A stretch of 64,000 nt of DNA from Kondoa subrosea (lineage: Eukaryota): assembly GCA_039545335.1 (NCBI GenBank), contig BCIN01000007.1, forward strand, positions 310,001-374,000, in the 5' to 3' direction. The translations under genes and the position numbers were made by a program. Numbering within the stretch: the first letter of the stretch is position 1; each line of letters begins with the position of its first letter. This document shows positions 25,901-37,394 of the stretch, piece by piece. The notes beneath the pieces are model-generated. The model was given only the letters and a program-made list of their open reading frames with translations, was not told the origin of the DNA and did no database searches.

Positions 25901-27381
25901 ATTGTTTTGATAGATGCCAAGCGAGCTCTGTCGATGGGGCTTCCTGCAAGTCGACCAGCGATTGTACCTCCTCTGAGATCTGCAGTGTGAACAGTAGCGG
26001 GTCATTGGGGTCAGTCCATCTCTATCGATGCCAATTTTTGCTTTCACCTGATAGGCTATGTGTAGCACATGTCTTCCAGCACAACTCGATAAAGGCGCTT
26101 CTTGTAGCTTGAATGCTCAATGCGTCTCTGGTCAATGTGGTAGTAATGGGCAGTAAGTTTGACATTTTTCGTTCGCACTGTATCACTCACAGATTGGTGT
26201 CCTAAGATGCTTGGCGAGCGGGGCCAACACAGCCTGTGTATCTAACGATGGCTGTAATGCGCCGAATGTCTGTGTTATCATGCGAGGAGGTGGCACTTGT
26301 TTGGCAGGAAATCTCAACGCCGGCAGTGCTTGTTCCGGTTATGCGCAGTACGCTGCTCTGTCTAATTTCTATCAGACCATGCTTATGTAGGTATATTAGA
26401 TGTCTTTCCGGCTTCTGTACATTTGGCAAGTAAGTATCGCAATGCCTCACTATCGTATGCATCGCCAATCTGTGCTGGACAGATGTCAAGGAAGTGGACC
26501 AAATGGGGCTTGCGAATCAACAAGCGACTGTGCGTCTTACTCAGACCTAGTCTGCGATGCAAATGGCAGCGGATCATTAGGGTATGTGAAACACAACTGC
26601 AGTCTGTGACCATCTCAAAATCATTGCACAGTGTTTGTATCAATGGACAACTCACGGCTGGCAGTTCCTGCAAAATAGCTGCTCAGTGCTTATCTGGTCA
26701 ATGTCTCAATGGCTCGTAAGTGCGGCTTATCGTCAAGTCGCCCCTGTATATAACGCGCCATGGTCGCAGATGTCAAACAAGCTCGGCAAATGGAGCTTGC
26801 TCTCAGACAAGCGATTGCGCCACGCCTCAAGTCTGTAATCTAGGTTTCGCGTCTATAGGGTATGTCCTCGTATCGGTACTACCTTTTATCAACCAGGAGT
26901 CTGATTTCGGACTAGCACTTGCGTTCCCGGTCAACTCAATGCCAATCAAGCATGTCAAATCAACGCGCAATGTCTTTCTCAATCATGCAGTAGCGGAAGG
27001 TATGTTTCTAAGTGCTTTTTCTGCGAGACAAATCGGGGCTGACGACTATGTTTGGCCAGTTGTGCAATGAGTCAGCTGAATGCGGACTGCGAGAGGACCA
27101 GTGACTGCGGTTCGCAACTAATATGCACGTCAGCAAGTGGGGCATCCATCGGGTAACTCTCTATTCGCTGTCAATACGCTACAACAGCTCATATAATCTC
27201 TTGAATCAGAACATGCCAAGCTGCTCTTCCTGCTAATAGTCAAATGGCAGGCCATAACAAGCGCTTTGTCGATGTCAGGGGTTCCTATCGTGCGAGACAA
27301 GCTACAAGAGTTAATATATCGATGAATGAACGTCGGCGCAAATTCAAGCGAGGGACAATTTTCGGTACAACTGTATTTTGA
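22953..27381 (+). CDS. Large secreted cysteine-rich repeat protein (many C-x5-C-x4/5-C modules, Dickkopf-N/EB-like spacing)
   Basis: Signal peptide MRLAQLLLWSGSLSLVLA. Dozens of short Cys/Gly/Ser-rich exons flanked by introns. Final exon TCQAALP...KFKRGTIFGTTVF* (stop 27379-27381). Some 5' exon boundaries were not fully resolved. Confidence 0.8.
25218..27152 (+). repeat. About seven diverged two-exon (A+B) Cys modules within the Cys-rich gene
   Basis: A exons read like CLPAQLTAGSTCTLSQQCLSGQCL; B exons like CQTSSLNGACQSDNDCGSTQFCN...G. Phase-2 introns recur at equivalent positions. Confidence 0.85.
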
Positions 27382-27608
27382 TTGCTAGGGTGGTAGTGAG
27401 TTGTGATTTTGGGTTGTTTTTTTGTATGTGGAATATTTAGCTGAGGTCGATTTGCTCCGTCCTGCGTATGACATTACATGGCTTGATCTGAGCATATTCA
27501 TCCTTCCAAGAGATGTTTCTAGAGAAGGCGGCGCCGCGTTGAAAATGCAATGCGATAAATGCAAGATAAAGGTAGTACAAGAATATTACAAATGAAATAG
27601 ATAAGAAG

Positions 27609-28527
27609 CTACCGAGCCAAAGGTTGAGATGCACCTTGTGCTTTCTCCTTGATCTGATCAACCATGTTCGAAGCAGCGTTTTCTGCTGCTACAGTCAAGC
27701 TTTCGCCCGGTTCCTTTGTGCCAATAATCAGTCTTGGATACGCACGAAAAGAGAATAATAAGCTGACCTTCTTGTATACCCTGCTGACACCTTTGAAGCC
27801 TAAGTAATACAGACGGACGGTCGAATCATTTCGGCGTGAGGGCTGCTGAATGTCAGAACGAACTCAATCTGACAAGATGCCACTCACGAAGAAGAGAGTG
27901 ATATTGGAAACACTTGCACTACGTTGAAGGTTAGTCGTGAAAGTCAAAACTGTGTAAAAGAACGCACAATCTCGCTACCCGTAAAGGATAATCCACACTC
28001 CCATAATCATCCATCACATCGAATTCCTGATCCGATTTGAGATCCAGTACATCATCAAACGAAACATCCGAATTAGCCCATATTCGACTGAGTTTCCACC
28101 ACAATGAGCTTCAACCCTTGAGTTGTACGATTTTAGACTAACCAATAACCCGGTCTTTCTTCTCCATGGCAGGATAACAACACTTCCTTAATCCTGACCA
28201 ACTCAGTGAATCTTATATTAATCAACAACCCATCATCTTGGTCTAAATTGGAGATTGAATGTTCCATACTGTCTCTTTCATTATGTGGTCGAATAACGGA
28301 TTCCAAAGTTCCAGAATCAGATAAATTGAGACAACTGGATTGCCTAAGATCTATAACTGAGAACAAATTGGCCGATTCGTTGGATCCTGCTGAACGGGAC
28401 AAAGTTGAAGTTGAACTGGAAGCTGTTAGATCCGTTTCAAAGAGATCTGCTTCCTGTGCGGTCGGTAAGAGTGGAATGAGATGTTATGCTTCGCTTGGTT
28501 CTGGTTTGACAGGCTTACGCAAGCCAT
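27609..28527 (-). CDS. PITH-domain protein (proteasome-interacting thioredoxin-like)
   Basis: NLFSVIDLRQSSCLN, DQDDGLLINIRFTELVRIK, YPLRVARFASVSNITLFF and RLYYLGFKG match PITH-domain motifs. Stop at 27609-27611. Confidence 0.85.
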
Positions 28528-28945
28528 AGCGAGCGAATTGTTGAAAGTGATTGGCCGAGCTCAGCAACGCTTCAGGCTGCCAGGCTTTGGTGTATAGTAC
28601 AGGAGGATGTAGAGCAGGCCGTTGACAGTCTGATACAAGACTCGAGTTGAAGTAAAGTAATCAGGATATCGCTTCAGGTCAACCAACTTGAGCTGAATCA
28701 ACATGAGAAACACAGAATCATTATGATGGCATGCAAAAGAGCAGCTGATGAATACTGTACGGAGAGAACGTTTCAACCATGATGCTCTTAATGACCATCA
28801 GCAAGATTCATGTCAGATACCCTTGGTCGCAGGGTCTGGTGAATTCCAGCGGGAGTGATGGAAGTCTGAGTAAATGCATACAGAAAGACATGACCTATGC
28901 AATGCAATCGTACTATGTACAGTCTGTTCTTCGCCTGCTTGTTGC

Positions 28946-30564
28946 TTAGATCACTTTGAACTTCTTGGCTTTCCTCCTCTTCTTCCAACTCAGCACCTCC
29001 CTGATAGTAGCAGCCACAACAGGTAAAGCAATCGGACCAAAGAAAGGCGTATAAACAGCATATTTATGCTCGTCCGGGAAATACAGCAGACCCAACATCG
29101 ATGGGTGGAAGAAAGCTTTGGAAGATTGAGTGACTGCGTTTACTGAATGATGAAGACTTTCTTCCAACGAAGTAGAGAGAGAAGATTTCATCTGAAGAGA
29201 CGTCAGCACTGGGCTTGATAAGAGGAATGAGACTGACCAGCGATAGCGAAAGTAAAGCAGCATTGACTCCATTCCGAACATCAGCATTGATTCGCATGTT
29301 CTTAATCTCCTTTGCCAATTTAGTCGTAGCGCTCAACGTATCAACTGCTTCTCTTGCGTTCTCGATCAATCGATTTCGTACTAAAGCCCGGATTTGCCAT
29401 TGCTGAGGTACAGATGAAAAAGGTTTAGGTAGACCAAGCAGTAATTGTAGCTGTGAGGTGAAAGTTTGAAAAGCGAGTGGAAGATCTGAGGATGGGTTGA
29501 AGATATATACTCCGCCCCATTGAGGTATGATGAATGCATTAGTATCTGCTACTTGACCTGGAATTCGATTAGCAATGGCTTCGTTAACAACAAACAGCGT
29601 ACCATTCTGTTGCATAATTGACATCGGTCGGTGATCTTTTGCCGGGACATAGAGCAAGAAGTGTATGACTGGATCGGAGGAAGCTGTGGACGCAAGATTC
29701 CATTCTGCAGCATTGATGAAGGCCTTCAGATTATCTTCCGATATTGAGCTTCCTGAGTCAGATAGAAGAGGTTGGAAAGCTAGAGGAGCAATGAACTGGC
29801 TTTGAGTTTCGATTGTGAAGTTGTGCAAAGACTTCAGAGAATTGCATGTGGGTATGATAGAGGCTAGTCCTCAGATAAGTGAAAATAGGTTTGAATATTG
29901 GATCGACTTACATGCAAGTTGTGAACTGATATCAAAAGAAAGGGGAATCTCGTCTTGTGTTCCATCTTGTTGTAAAACACTGAAACGCAAAGTATGCCTA
30001 GAAGCATACTTGACTACTTTGGTAGATTGGCTCGAACTGAGTTCGACTACTCAGGCTTCAGCTTCACTGCCTGCAGTAGGTAGATTCACATACAGCTAGT
30101 ATTATCCGGCCAAGTGAGCGACCCGTACTTGTCTAGCTGTAGATCTGCTTCCTCCCTTGATGTAACTTGCTGATAGTTGAAACAGCTTGACACAGAACAA
30201 TCCCCGGACTCTTCTGCCATTGGAAGTGGATCGATAGCCTGAGAAGAAGAAGAGTAGACTTTGACAGGTACTTGAAACGGACAGCAAGCCTACGAGAAGA
30301 TTGAATCGGCTCGAAGACTAAACAAGTCAAGGCTACTGAGCGTACAGAAGCTTCGCGCCAGGCGGCAACTTGCTTAGAAGGAAGAGAGAGACGTTCTGTA
30401 GTTGTTGTCGACCACCAGACGGGCAGGCCAAGAAGCACGACAACCCATAATGATGCAAGAATGTATTGGCGTTCCTTTCGCTCGTTCAAGGGCTCCTCAT
30501 CCATGTCGAGGGTATCTACAGCTTGCGCATTTCCAGCTTGGGTATCTTGAGCCTTCGCTGACAT
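28946..30564 (-). CDS. GPI17: GPI transamidase subunit PIG-S
   Basis: N-terminal TM LLGLPVWWSTTTTERLSLP; FINAAEWNL; NAFIIPQWGGVYIFN; AFFHPSMLGLLYFPDEHKYAVYTPFFGPIALP. Confidence 0.93.
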
Positions 30565-31011
30565 GCTCGACCTTGAAAAACATTAGCGAGACCCTTCTTC
30601 TGACAACAGCCATAGTACTAGTAGTATCTTTCGGGCTGAGTCCTCTTCGCAAAAGTTGATGTGCAGCAACGCACTATGTCTGACAGCAAGAGAAGAGCCT
30701 TTATCGCGATGGCCACCCTGTACTTTGCTCTCGCTACCCCGATGTTCAGCTTTCTTTTCTTTGGTCATTTCCATAAAAGAGCCCTGACGTCTGTCACTGC
30801 TGTCAAATGGGGAAAGCCTGCTCTTGACAGACGCGTGATTTCGCACGACGCGGTCCCGTTCCTTGAAGCCATTTGGTCTAAATTAGCATTCCCAGGTTGA
30901 CCGTCTGACTCGCAATGCCCCATGAGTGGCGAAAGTGCTAGTCTTCATCTATTTCCACGGCTTTCTTCTTTCTCCTCTTCACATACTTCGTATTGAACAA
31001 AACTATTCAAC

Positions 31012-32735
31012 ATGTCGATCAAATCTTATCATCCTCTTGGGATGCCACGCTCTGCAGCTTTGGTACTGCTCCTCGCTGCTGTAGTGTACATCTTTACTGG
31101 TCGTTCAGTTGCTGTTTCCGCTGTCAAACCTAAGGCTATATTTCTCGTCAAAGCGCCGGTCTGCCCTTCTTTGGTTACTCTACCTCCCACCAATTGGCAA
31201 GACTTTGAACAGTGTGGCTTAGAAGAGGACAAGCGGAAGGTCAACATTCCAAAGATTATTCCTGCTAAAGTAAGCATTCCTCATCTCCAGAATGCGATTG
31301 CATAGCTGACTCTCCTTGCAGGCCGTTACTGGTCCAACCATTGAATCACTACAACGTGAATTGGCTGAAGAACGCGCAAAGACTGCTTCTGCTTCTCACG
31401 ACTTCTTTTCGCTTCGCTTGGTCATCTCTGATCTGTCTGCTCGTTTGGCCGATATGACTACTCATCATCGCGATATTTCGACTTCTCTTTCAACTACTGA
31501 ATCAGAGAACATCAAACTTGTCGAAGCAAACAATCATCTATCAGAACGTCTTGATCTCGCTCAAGCTGAAGCAGCGGAAAGTGAAAGTCAACTCAATAAA
31601 GTCAAAGCAACTCTGGCCAAGAATGTTCCTATCTGTGTACCTCCTCCAGCTAAGTATTCTGAAACTGTAAAGGCCGTGGGTCGGGCTTGGCATATTGCAC
31701 AAAGTTGCAATTCTGGAAGCTACAAATTATGTATGTTCGAAGTTGTTTGGCAAAGTAAGTTTATCCGTCCAAATATGCTACTTGATCAATACTGATATGA
31801 TCTGCCTGTAGGTTCTACTTACCTCTACTCCTCAGTCAAGAAGACTCTAGTCAAGGAAGAAGTAGAACTAGTCAAGGTCAATGATGCATGGTCAGCTTTA
31901 GAGCAAGAATTAGCCAAAGCACAAAAAGAAGCAGCTCATTACGAGAATCTCTATCATCAAGCTCTTGATTCTGCACCCTCTATTCGCTCCTCATCTGTTC
32001 CAAACTCGTGGTCTCTCGCTCAACCTGCTCATTCCTGGGGTTCTCCAGAGCCAGTCATAGAACACGTCGAGAAGATGCACAACATCAATGTTGAACATGT
32101 GATGAGTGTGCAAGAAGCTGAAGATCAATACCTGAAGAAACAACTCACAAACAAAGAATTTAGTCGAATCATGTATAAGCTTTTTGATGAACACGATGCA
32201 AGCAGTCGAGCACAATCTACCATTTATGAAGAATATAAACGATCTACTGGTCTTCCATCTTCTTCATCGACGAAATTGAATCAAGCAGAACAACACATTC
32301 TCTTGACTACTTTACAAGCAAAACATATATGGAAAGCAGCTTTCACTGGAAATCCTGCTGATAAAGAAATTGTATGGGTTGGGAGGTTGGATATAGAAGG
32401 GCCTTTGATACAAGGCTTACGTCTGAGTGAGTTTTGTATCTCCAAGTTCGACTTAGACAGTTTCGGTATTGACTGATCTGTATCTTCTAGTATTCTTTGG
32501 CAGTTTCGCACTTGCTAGCTTCTTGATCAAGAACATCTCCAGTACAGTCAATGTCCTCAAATCAGCAAGAAAAAACCAAATCAAATCTGGACGGACCAAC
32601 AAATTCGATCAGATCTGGTCCACCTTTCTCTACTCAATTTGGTCTATAGGCCAGCTGGGTATCGCTTACTGTATTTACGGCAACCTTAACTGGATCGCTG
32701 AAGTCGAACCCATGGTTGATTGGGTGTTGCACTGA
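31012..32735 (+). CDS. Hypothetical membrane protein: N-terminal signal anchor, coiled coil, C-terminal hydrophobic helices (3' end uncertain)
   Basis: Four in-frame exons joined by canonical introns. Heptad-like LQRELAEERAK...LNKVKATL. Hydrophobic segments near the C-terminus. Confidence 0.65.
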
Positions 32736-33575
32736 CTGCCCGTTTCTTCTTTTCCTTTGGGGTGTGGATTTGCTATTTCTGTGTTAATTGGACCGCTGGA
32801 TCGGTCAAATTTGCTGTTGTGATGTGTTTGGGTTGTAATGAGGCAGCAAGAGGAGGATTGGGAAGAGGTGGGAATTGCAGTATCTTGCGAACGAAAGGGT
32901 TGGCAGGGTAAGCTTCTGTCTTCTTTCTTTCGAATCCCTAACTAATCTTGTCTTGAAATTCACAGTCTTAAGACTCCCTGCTTCTCCTTCAGCCTTTCCT
33001 CCTTTTTATCGGGAGTTTCAGAAAGGCTTTGAAAAAACAAGAGCAAGACGATCTTCCTTATTCCCTCGAGGAGACGTTATTGGCGCAGCATCCATCTCTG
33101 GAGCTGTAGCGTAATGCATTCGCTAAGGGCGATTGAGGTGAGTTGAGTTACTCTATTCTGTGATCTGTCAACTTTTGCTAATTGTCATTGTATCAGCTTG
33201 ACTCAATCTCTAAAGACAATTTTCGCCATTGGCATCGCGATTTCAAAGGGTTGTGACTGTGAGTTTTCTTCACTGGCTCCTTTGACATATGTGCTCATCC
33301 ATTCTCTTCTTAGATTGTGCACATATCCCTAAAGAATCACATGAAGAGTCGGATGCAATATGTGCGCAGCTGGTCTGCTGTAGATGAAGTGTTGTTTCGT
33401 ATGTTTTCACTTGTATAGTATGGCCTGGATAGAGTTTGTCTGTAATGGTATTCAATTCTTCAGAAGCTTTCGCAGTCTGTTGCAACTATTGCGCTGCAAC
33501 ACCTTGTGTTACATTCACCACTGCTCAAGGCATAAAGCTGAGAGAGATTTTGTCACAACTTGACTTGCATCAATC

Positions 33576-34380
33576 ATGGCAGCAATCAGCTCTCCCTTTG
33601 TTTTAGGTCAGCGGTTCCCTACTTTCTTTGAGTCTAGCTCATGGTTGAACAGAATCTACTGTTGTCAAGTAAGCCAGCTTCCCGTGGCCATGATATCAAT
33701 GCCAAGTTGTTCTCATGCTCTGAACTTCTTTCTCTCTTTTCCCCTCTCCCTCGTTTACAGAGCTCCAGTGGACAAAGTATGGAGTTCGCTCGCAAGGCTG
33801 GACTTCAAGTTCTGGTCCTTGCTTGAGAGTTCGACGCGCGACAGCCAGAGTGACGAATGTTGGTTTTGATCTTTGCTGATTCCTCTTCCTGTCTCCTCTG
33901 TTTCTCATGTGCTTAATTTGCATAGATGGAGCTATCAACACTCTCAAATTCAAAGATGGAACAACTCAAAAGGTATTATCTCCTCCCGCTCCAATATGTC
34001 GAACCTGATCACTATCGCAAAGGTTGCTGTGGTCGCTTTCTCGAGCATCAATCGCGCAATCACCTATGAAGTGCTTGAATCTTCACCAGAGGTCCAGTAT
34101 TCCAGGTAAGTTCAATGTCACTTCCCGCAACCTCTGACTAAATGCTGCCTTCCTCTCATGGCAGCGCTTTGCACACTATTACCGCTCAGAAGGTCACTAG
34201 CGATGGAAGCACCTTTGTCAGCTGGGCTGTAGAATTCTCTTCCGATGCTGTGAGCTTACCATCCATTTTGTCTCTGCTTTTGTTAATTGATTCACTTGCG
34301 AACAGTCCGCTGCGGTCATCCAAGATTCGAAACACAAGCGCAGTGAAGCTCTCGCTGAATTGAAAAAGAGCTTAGAGTAA
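33576..34380 (+). CDS. Bet v1-like / SRPBCC (START-like) domain protein
   Basis: Spliced ESTVVKAPVDKVWSSL...ITYEVLES...LHTITAQKVTSDGSTFVSWAVEFSSDASAAVIQDSKHKRSEALAELKK. Stop at 34378-34380. Confidence 0.8.
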
Positions 34381-34493
34381 ATTCTTTTGATAACTCAATT
34401 ATTTTGTACATTAGAAACACAAAAATGGGTATGCATAATGCCTAGAAATTACAATCGAAAAGTCCTTGCAAACATACGCTCTCATTCCCTTCT

Positions 34494-35916
34494 CTACTTC
34501 TTATGCAACTTAGTCTTTGCTGGTAATTTCGGTTTGTTCTCTTTCGGCGGCACGGTTGGATTGAGTTCATCCATCTGAACTCGGGAAAGATAAACGGATA
34601 TAGACGTCGCACTCTGATAAGCCGCTTTATTTGTCCTGTACAATCACACATCACAGTCAGCTAATTGACGAGCTGAAATAAGGAATGATCTCACGACACT
34701 GCTAATTTCGTTTCATCCTTCACGTATTGAAACAACTCTTCACCCGCTTTAGATCGTTTTCTTTTCACTTCCGACGCGATCTTGATAGCTTTCGCTACTG
34801 AGGCAGAAGTTTTGGCTTTCAGTACAATATAAGTAAGTTGTTTGTCCTGATCAAATAAGTATAAGACGAGCAGCTTGAAGCAAAGAGTTTTGACAAGCTC
34901 ACTTTGAGTAATTCTTGACAGTGCTCGATCAGAAACGATTCTTTGAGCGTATCAAGTACATAAACTTCATTTGGCTCTCCCTTTATGAGAAACATCAATA
35001 CCATATGGATTAACCAGATCAAGGACTTACTAGCGGTATCTGATCCTCTACTGGAGGAGCACGGGGTTCTGGACTCTTGCCTTTGATCGAATCGCCCGAA
35101 GCAGCTCTTTTAGGATCTAATCGCTGTTGTTGATATTGCGAAGGAGATGCCTCTGCCCCACTTGCGATATCTAAGAAAGAGCAGAGCGAGAGTAGGATAA
35201 TTTGTTCTAGACCTGCGCGATCTTCCTAATGCGATAGTCAGCTTGCCTCGTCTGAAGACAGTTTGAAGCCGTACTATGTCTACGCGCTGCAGATTATAGT
35301 CGAGGAACTGTAGAGCGACTCAGAGTGTATCCAGAACGTACAGAGCACTATGCACCTGTATGAGAGGTTCCGAATTACGTCGACTTGGCGCGACATAAAG
35401 AACGACATTCCAGTCAGCTTCCTGTGCTGATACTCTCAGTACGATCAAGAGAGCGAGAAGGAAGGACTAACAGGCTTCCTAGATAACCACAGTGTGAAGC
35501 CTTTGAGTGTTCCATCGAGCGCCTTATCCTGGGTCGGAATAAGCCTAGCGATCACAAAGTGAAGAAACACAGCTAACCCTCTTCCAGTAGAATGTCTCTT
35601 TATCGTACACGAAACTCCATTCCCTGGCAAGACTTCAGCTTCTGAACAAAACCAGGTTAACTGGGTCTTACCATCCGAGATTGGATGTCGACTTCAGCTC
35701 AACGACGGACACAGGATGCAGCAATTCAAGAACACGGAGCTTCCCATTCAACCGTTTAGCAGATCCAAGGGGAGCACCAGTTAAAGAATCGCAGGCATGG
35801 ATTTCATCAATATTTGTCGAAGAGATCAGATAACGGCTGTTTGAAGGTCCTTCAATCAGTTCAAGACTCGTGCCTGTGGTCTTGACTGTCAGACTGTAAA
35901 GATTTGGGTCCAGCAT
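34494..35916 (-). CDS. Hypothetical protein (multi-exon)
   Basis: ATG at 35916 (MLDPNLYSL...). Exons EWSFVYDKETFYW, GFTLWLSRKP, ILDYNLQRV, DRAGLEQIILLSLCSFLD, GEPNEVYV joined by canonical introns. Ends ...KTKLHKK*. Confidence 0.7.
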
Positions 35917-37394
35917 GGCTTGGTCTGCCGCCAAAGAGCTTGAAACATTGTTGAATGCAAGTGATCAAAGAGGCGATGTACCCATCACGCGCCGGCTTAT
36001 GTGCTAGTACTCTTGGTTAATCTGCGCTTCTCGTCGAATTGAAGGTGTCTCAAATGGAGTAGCAATTCTTCAAGTAGCCAGTGTGGTTCAGCTCTTGGCC
36101 TATATCTCTATCTTTCGTTCGTTCCTTTGCCTGGCTTCTCCCTACAGTCCATCTTGTCTCGGAACATCTAGATTATGTGTGACGGCACCCAAGGAGAGAC
36201 TCAATGTAAAGGTCAAATGCTGAGACAAAGTCAAGTCACATCGAGCATTGTCGAAGCCGTCAAACGGATATAATACTCTCGCGCACAGCTGCCTCATATC
36301 TCAGGCGCATAACATGACCATGGCTAAGCTCTTCTTGCTGTCTAATTCCTCTGAGATTCTTCTCTCGAGCGTGTCGAAGGTTGTAAATCGCTTGCTTACG
36401 TCTGGATCCTCAACACACGTCTCTTGCAGTCTTAAGTGTCTTTCAAATCTGAAGTTGGCAAATCGCTGTACTTCTTCAGGCCTCGAGGAGTTGTTCTGTT
36501 CTATAGCTAGACTAACTTGTGCGAAGTTGAGGATCAAACAATAACAATCCCCATCTAGTAGCTACTGCATGCAGCACAGAACACAGATATCGTAGCGTGC
36601 TGGGATCCTTTCAGTCACTTGCTCTTCAAGGGTGGGCTCTTTCACTCTCGTTCTTGTTTCAGCAAGTATGGCTGAATACTGACATCTATCGGTAAAGGGT
36701 ATCCTTCTGCTTCACTGACCAAAGCACATCTTCCAATCAAGGCTCTTCTACTGTCAATGCAGCGAGACAAAGCATCAAGATCATAATTCTTCTTCCCGAA
36801 GAACAACGGAACAACGGGAAGTGGAGACTCCTTTCTAACGCAAATGAAAGTATACATCTGCTGCCTAGTAGTCATCCTTAGGTGCTGGATTTTAGGTCAA
36901 TGACACTGAATAAGAGAGAAGCTACCAACCGGAATCGAGCAAAACATCTTTTTCGGGTAAAAGCTCTCTCGATGCAAGTCTTCAATAGTCAAAGATGAAG
37001 AATCAGAGGCGGACCAGGTTCAGGTGCTCTCACTAGCTTCTTGAGAAATGGGTTCTGCCGTGTAAGGAGCTGCAAGTTCAGAGGAGCAGATTAAATGGAA
37101 GTCGCACACGCGAGACAGCAAACGCGCGTATTGATACAGAGCAACTTGAGTGTCCAGATATAGCAATGGGACTCTGAGCATTTCTCTGCAATGATATGGG
37201 AAGAGAACAGGACAGTAAGCAGAAGGAAACACAGATAGGAATCCCGATAAGACCAGAGAAAGTCAAGAGAAGAATGTGCGAGCATAACAATGAGAGATGC
37301 ATTTATTACCAACTTAATAGAAGAGAGAACCTGTTACAAGGCATATCACTCATACAACAAAGACCTTTCCACAACCAAAGCGCTTGACAAATCA

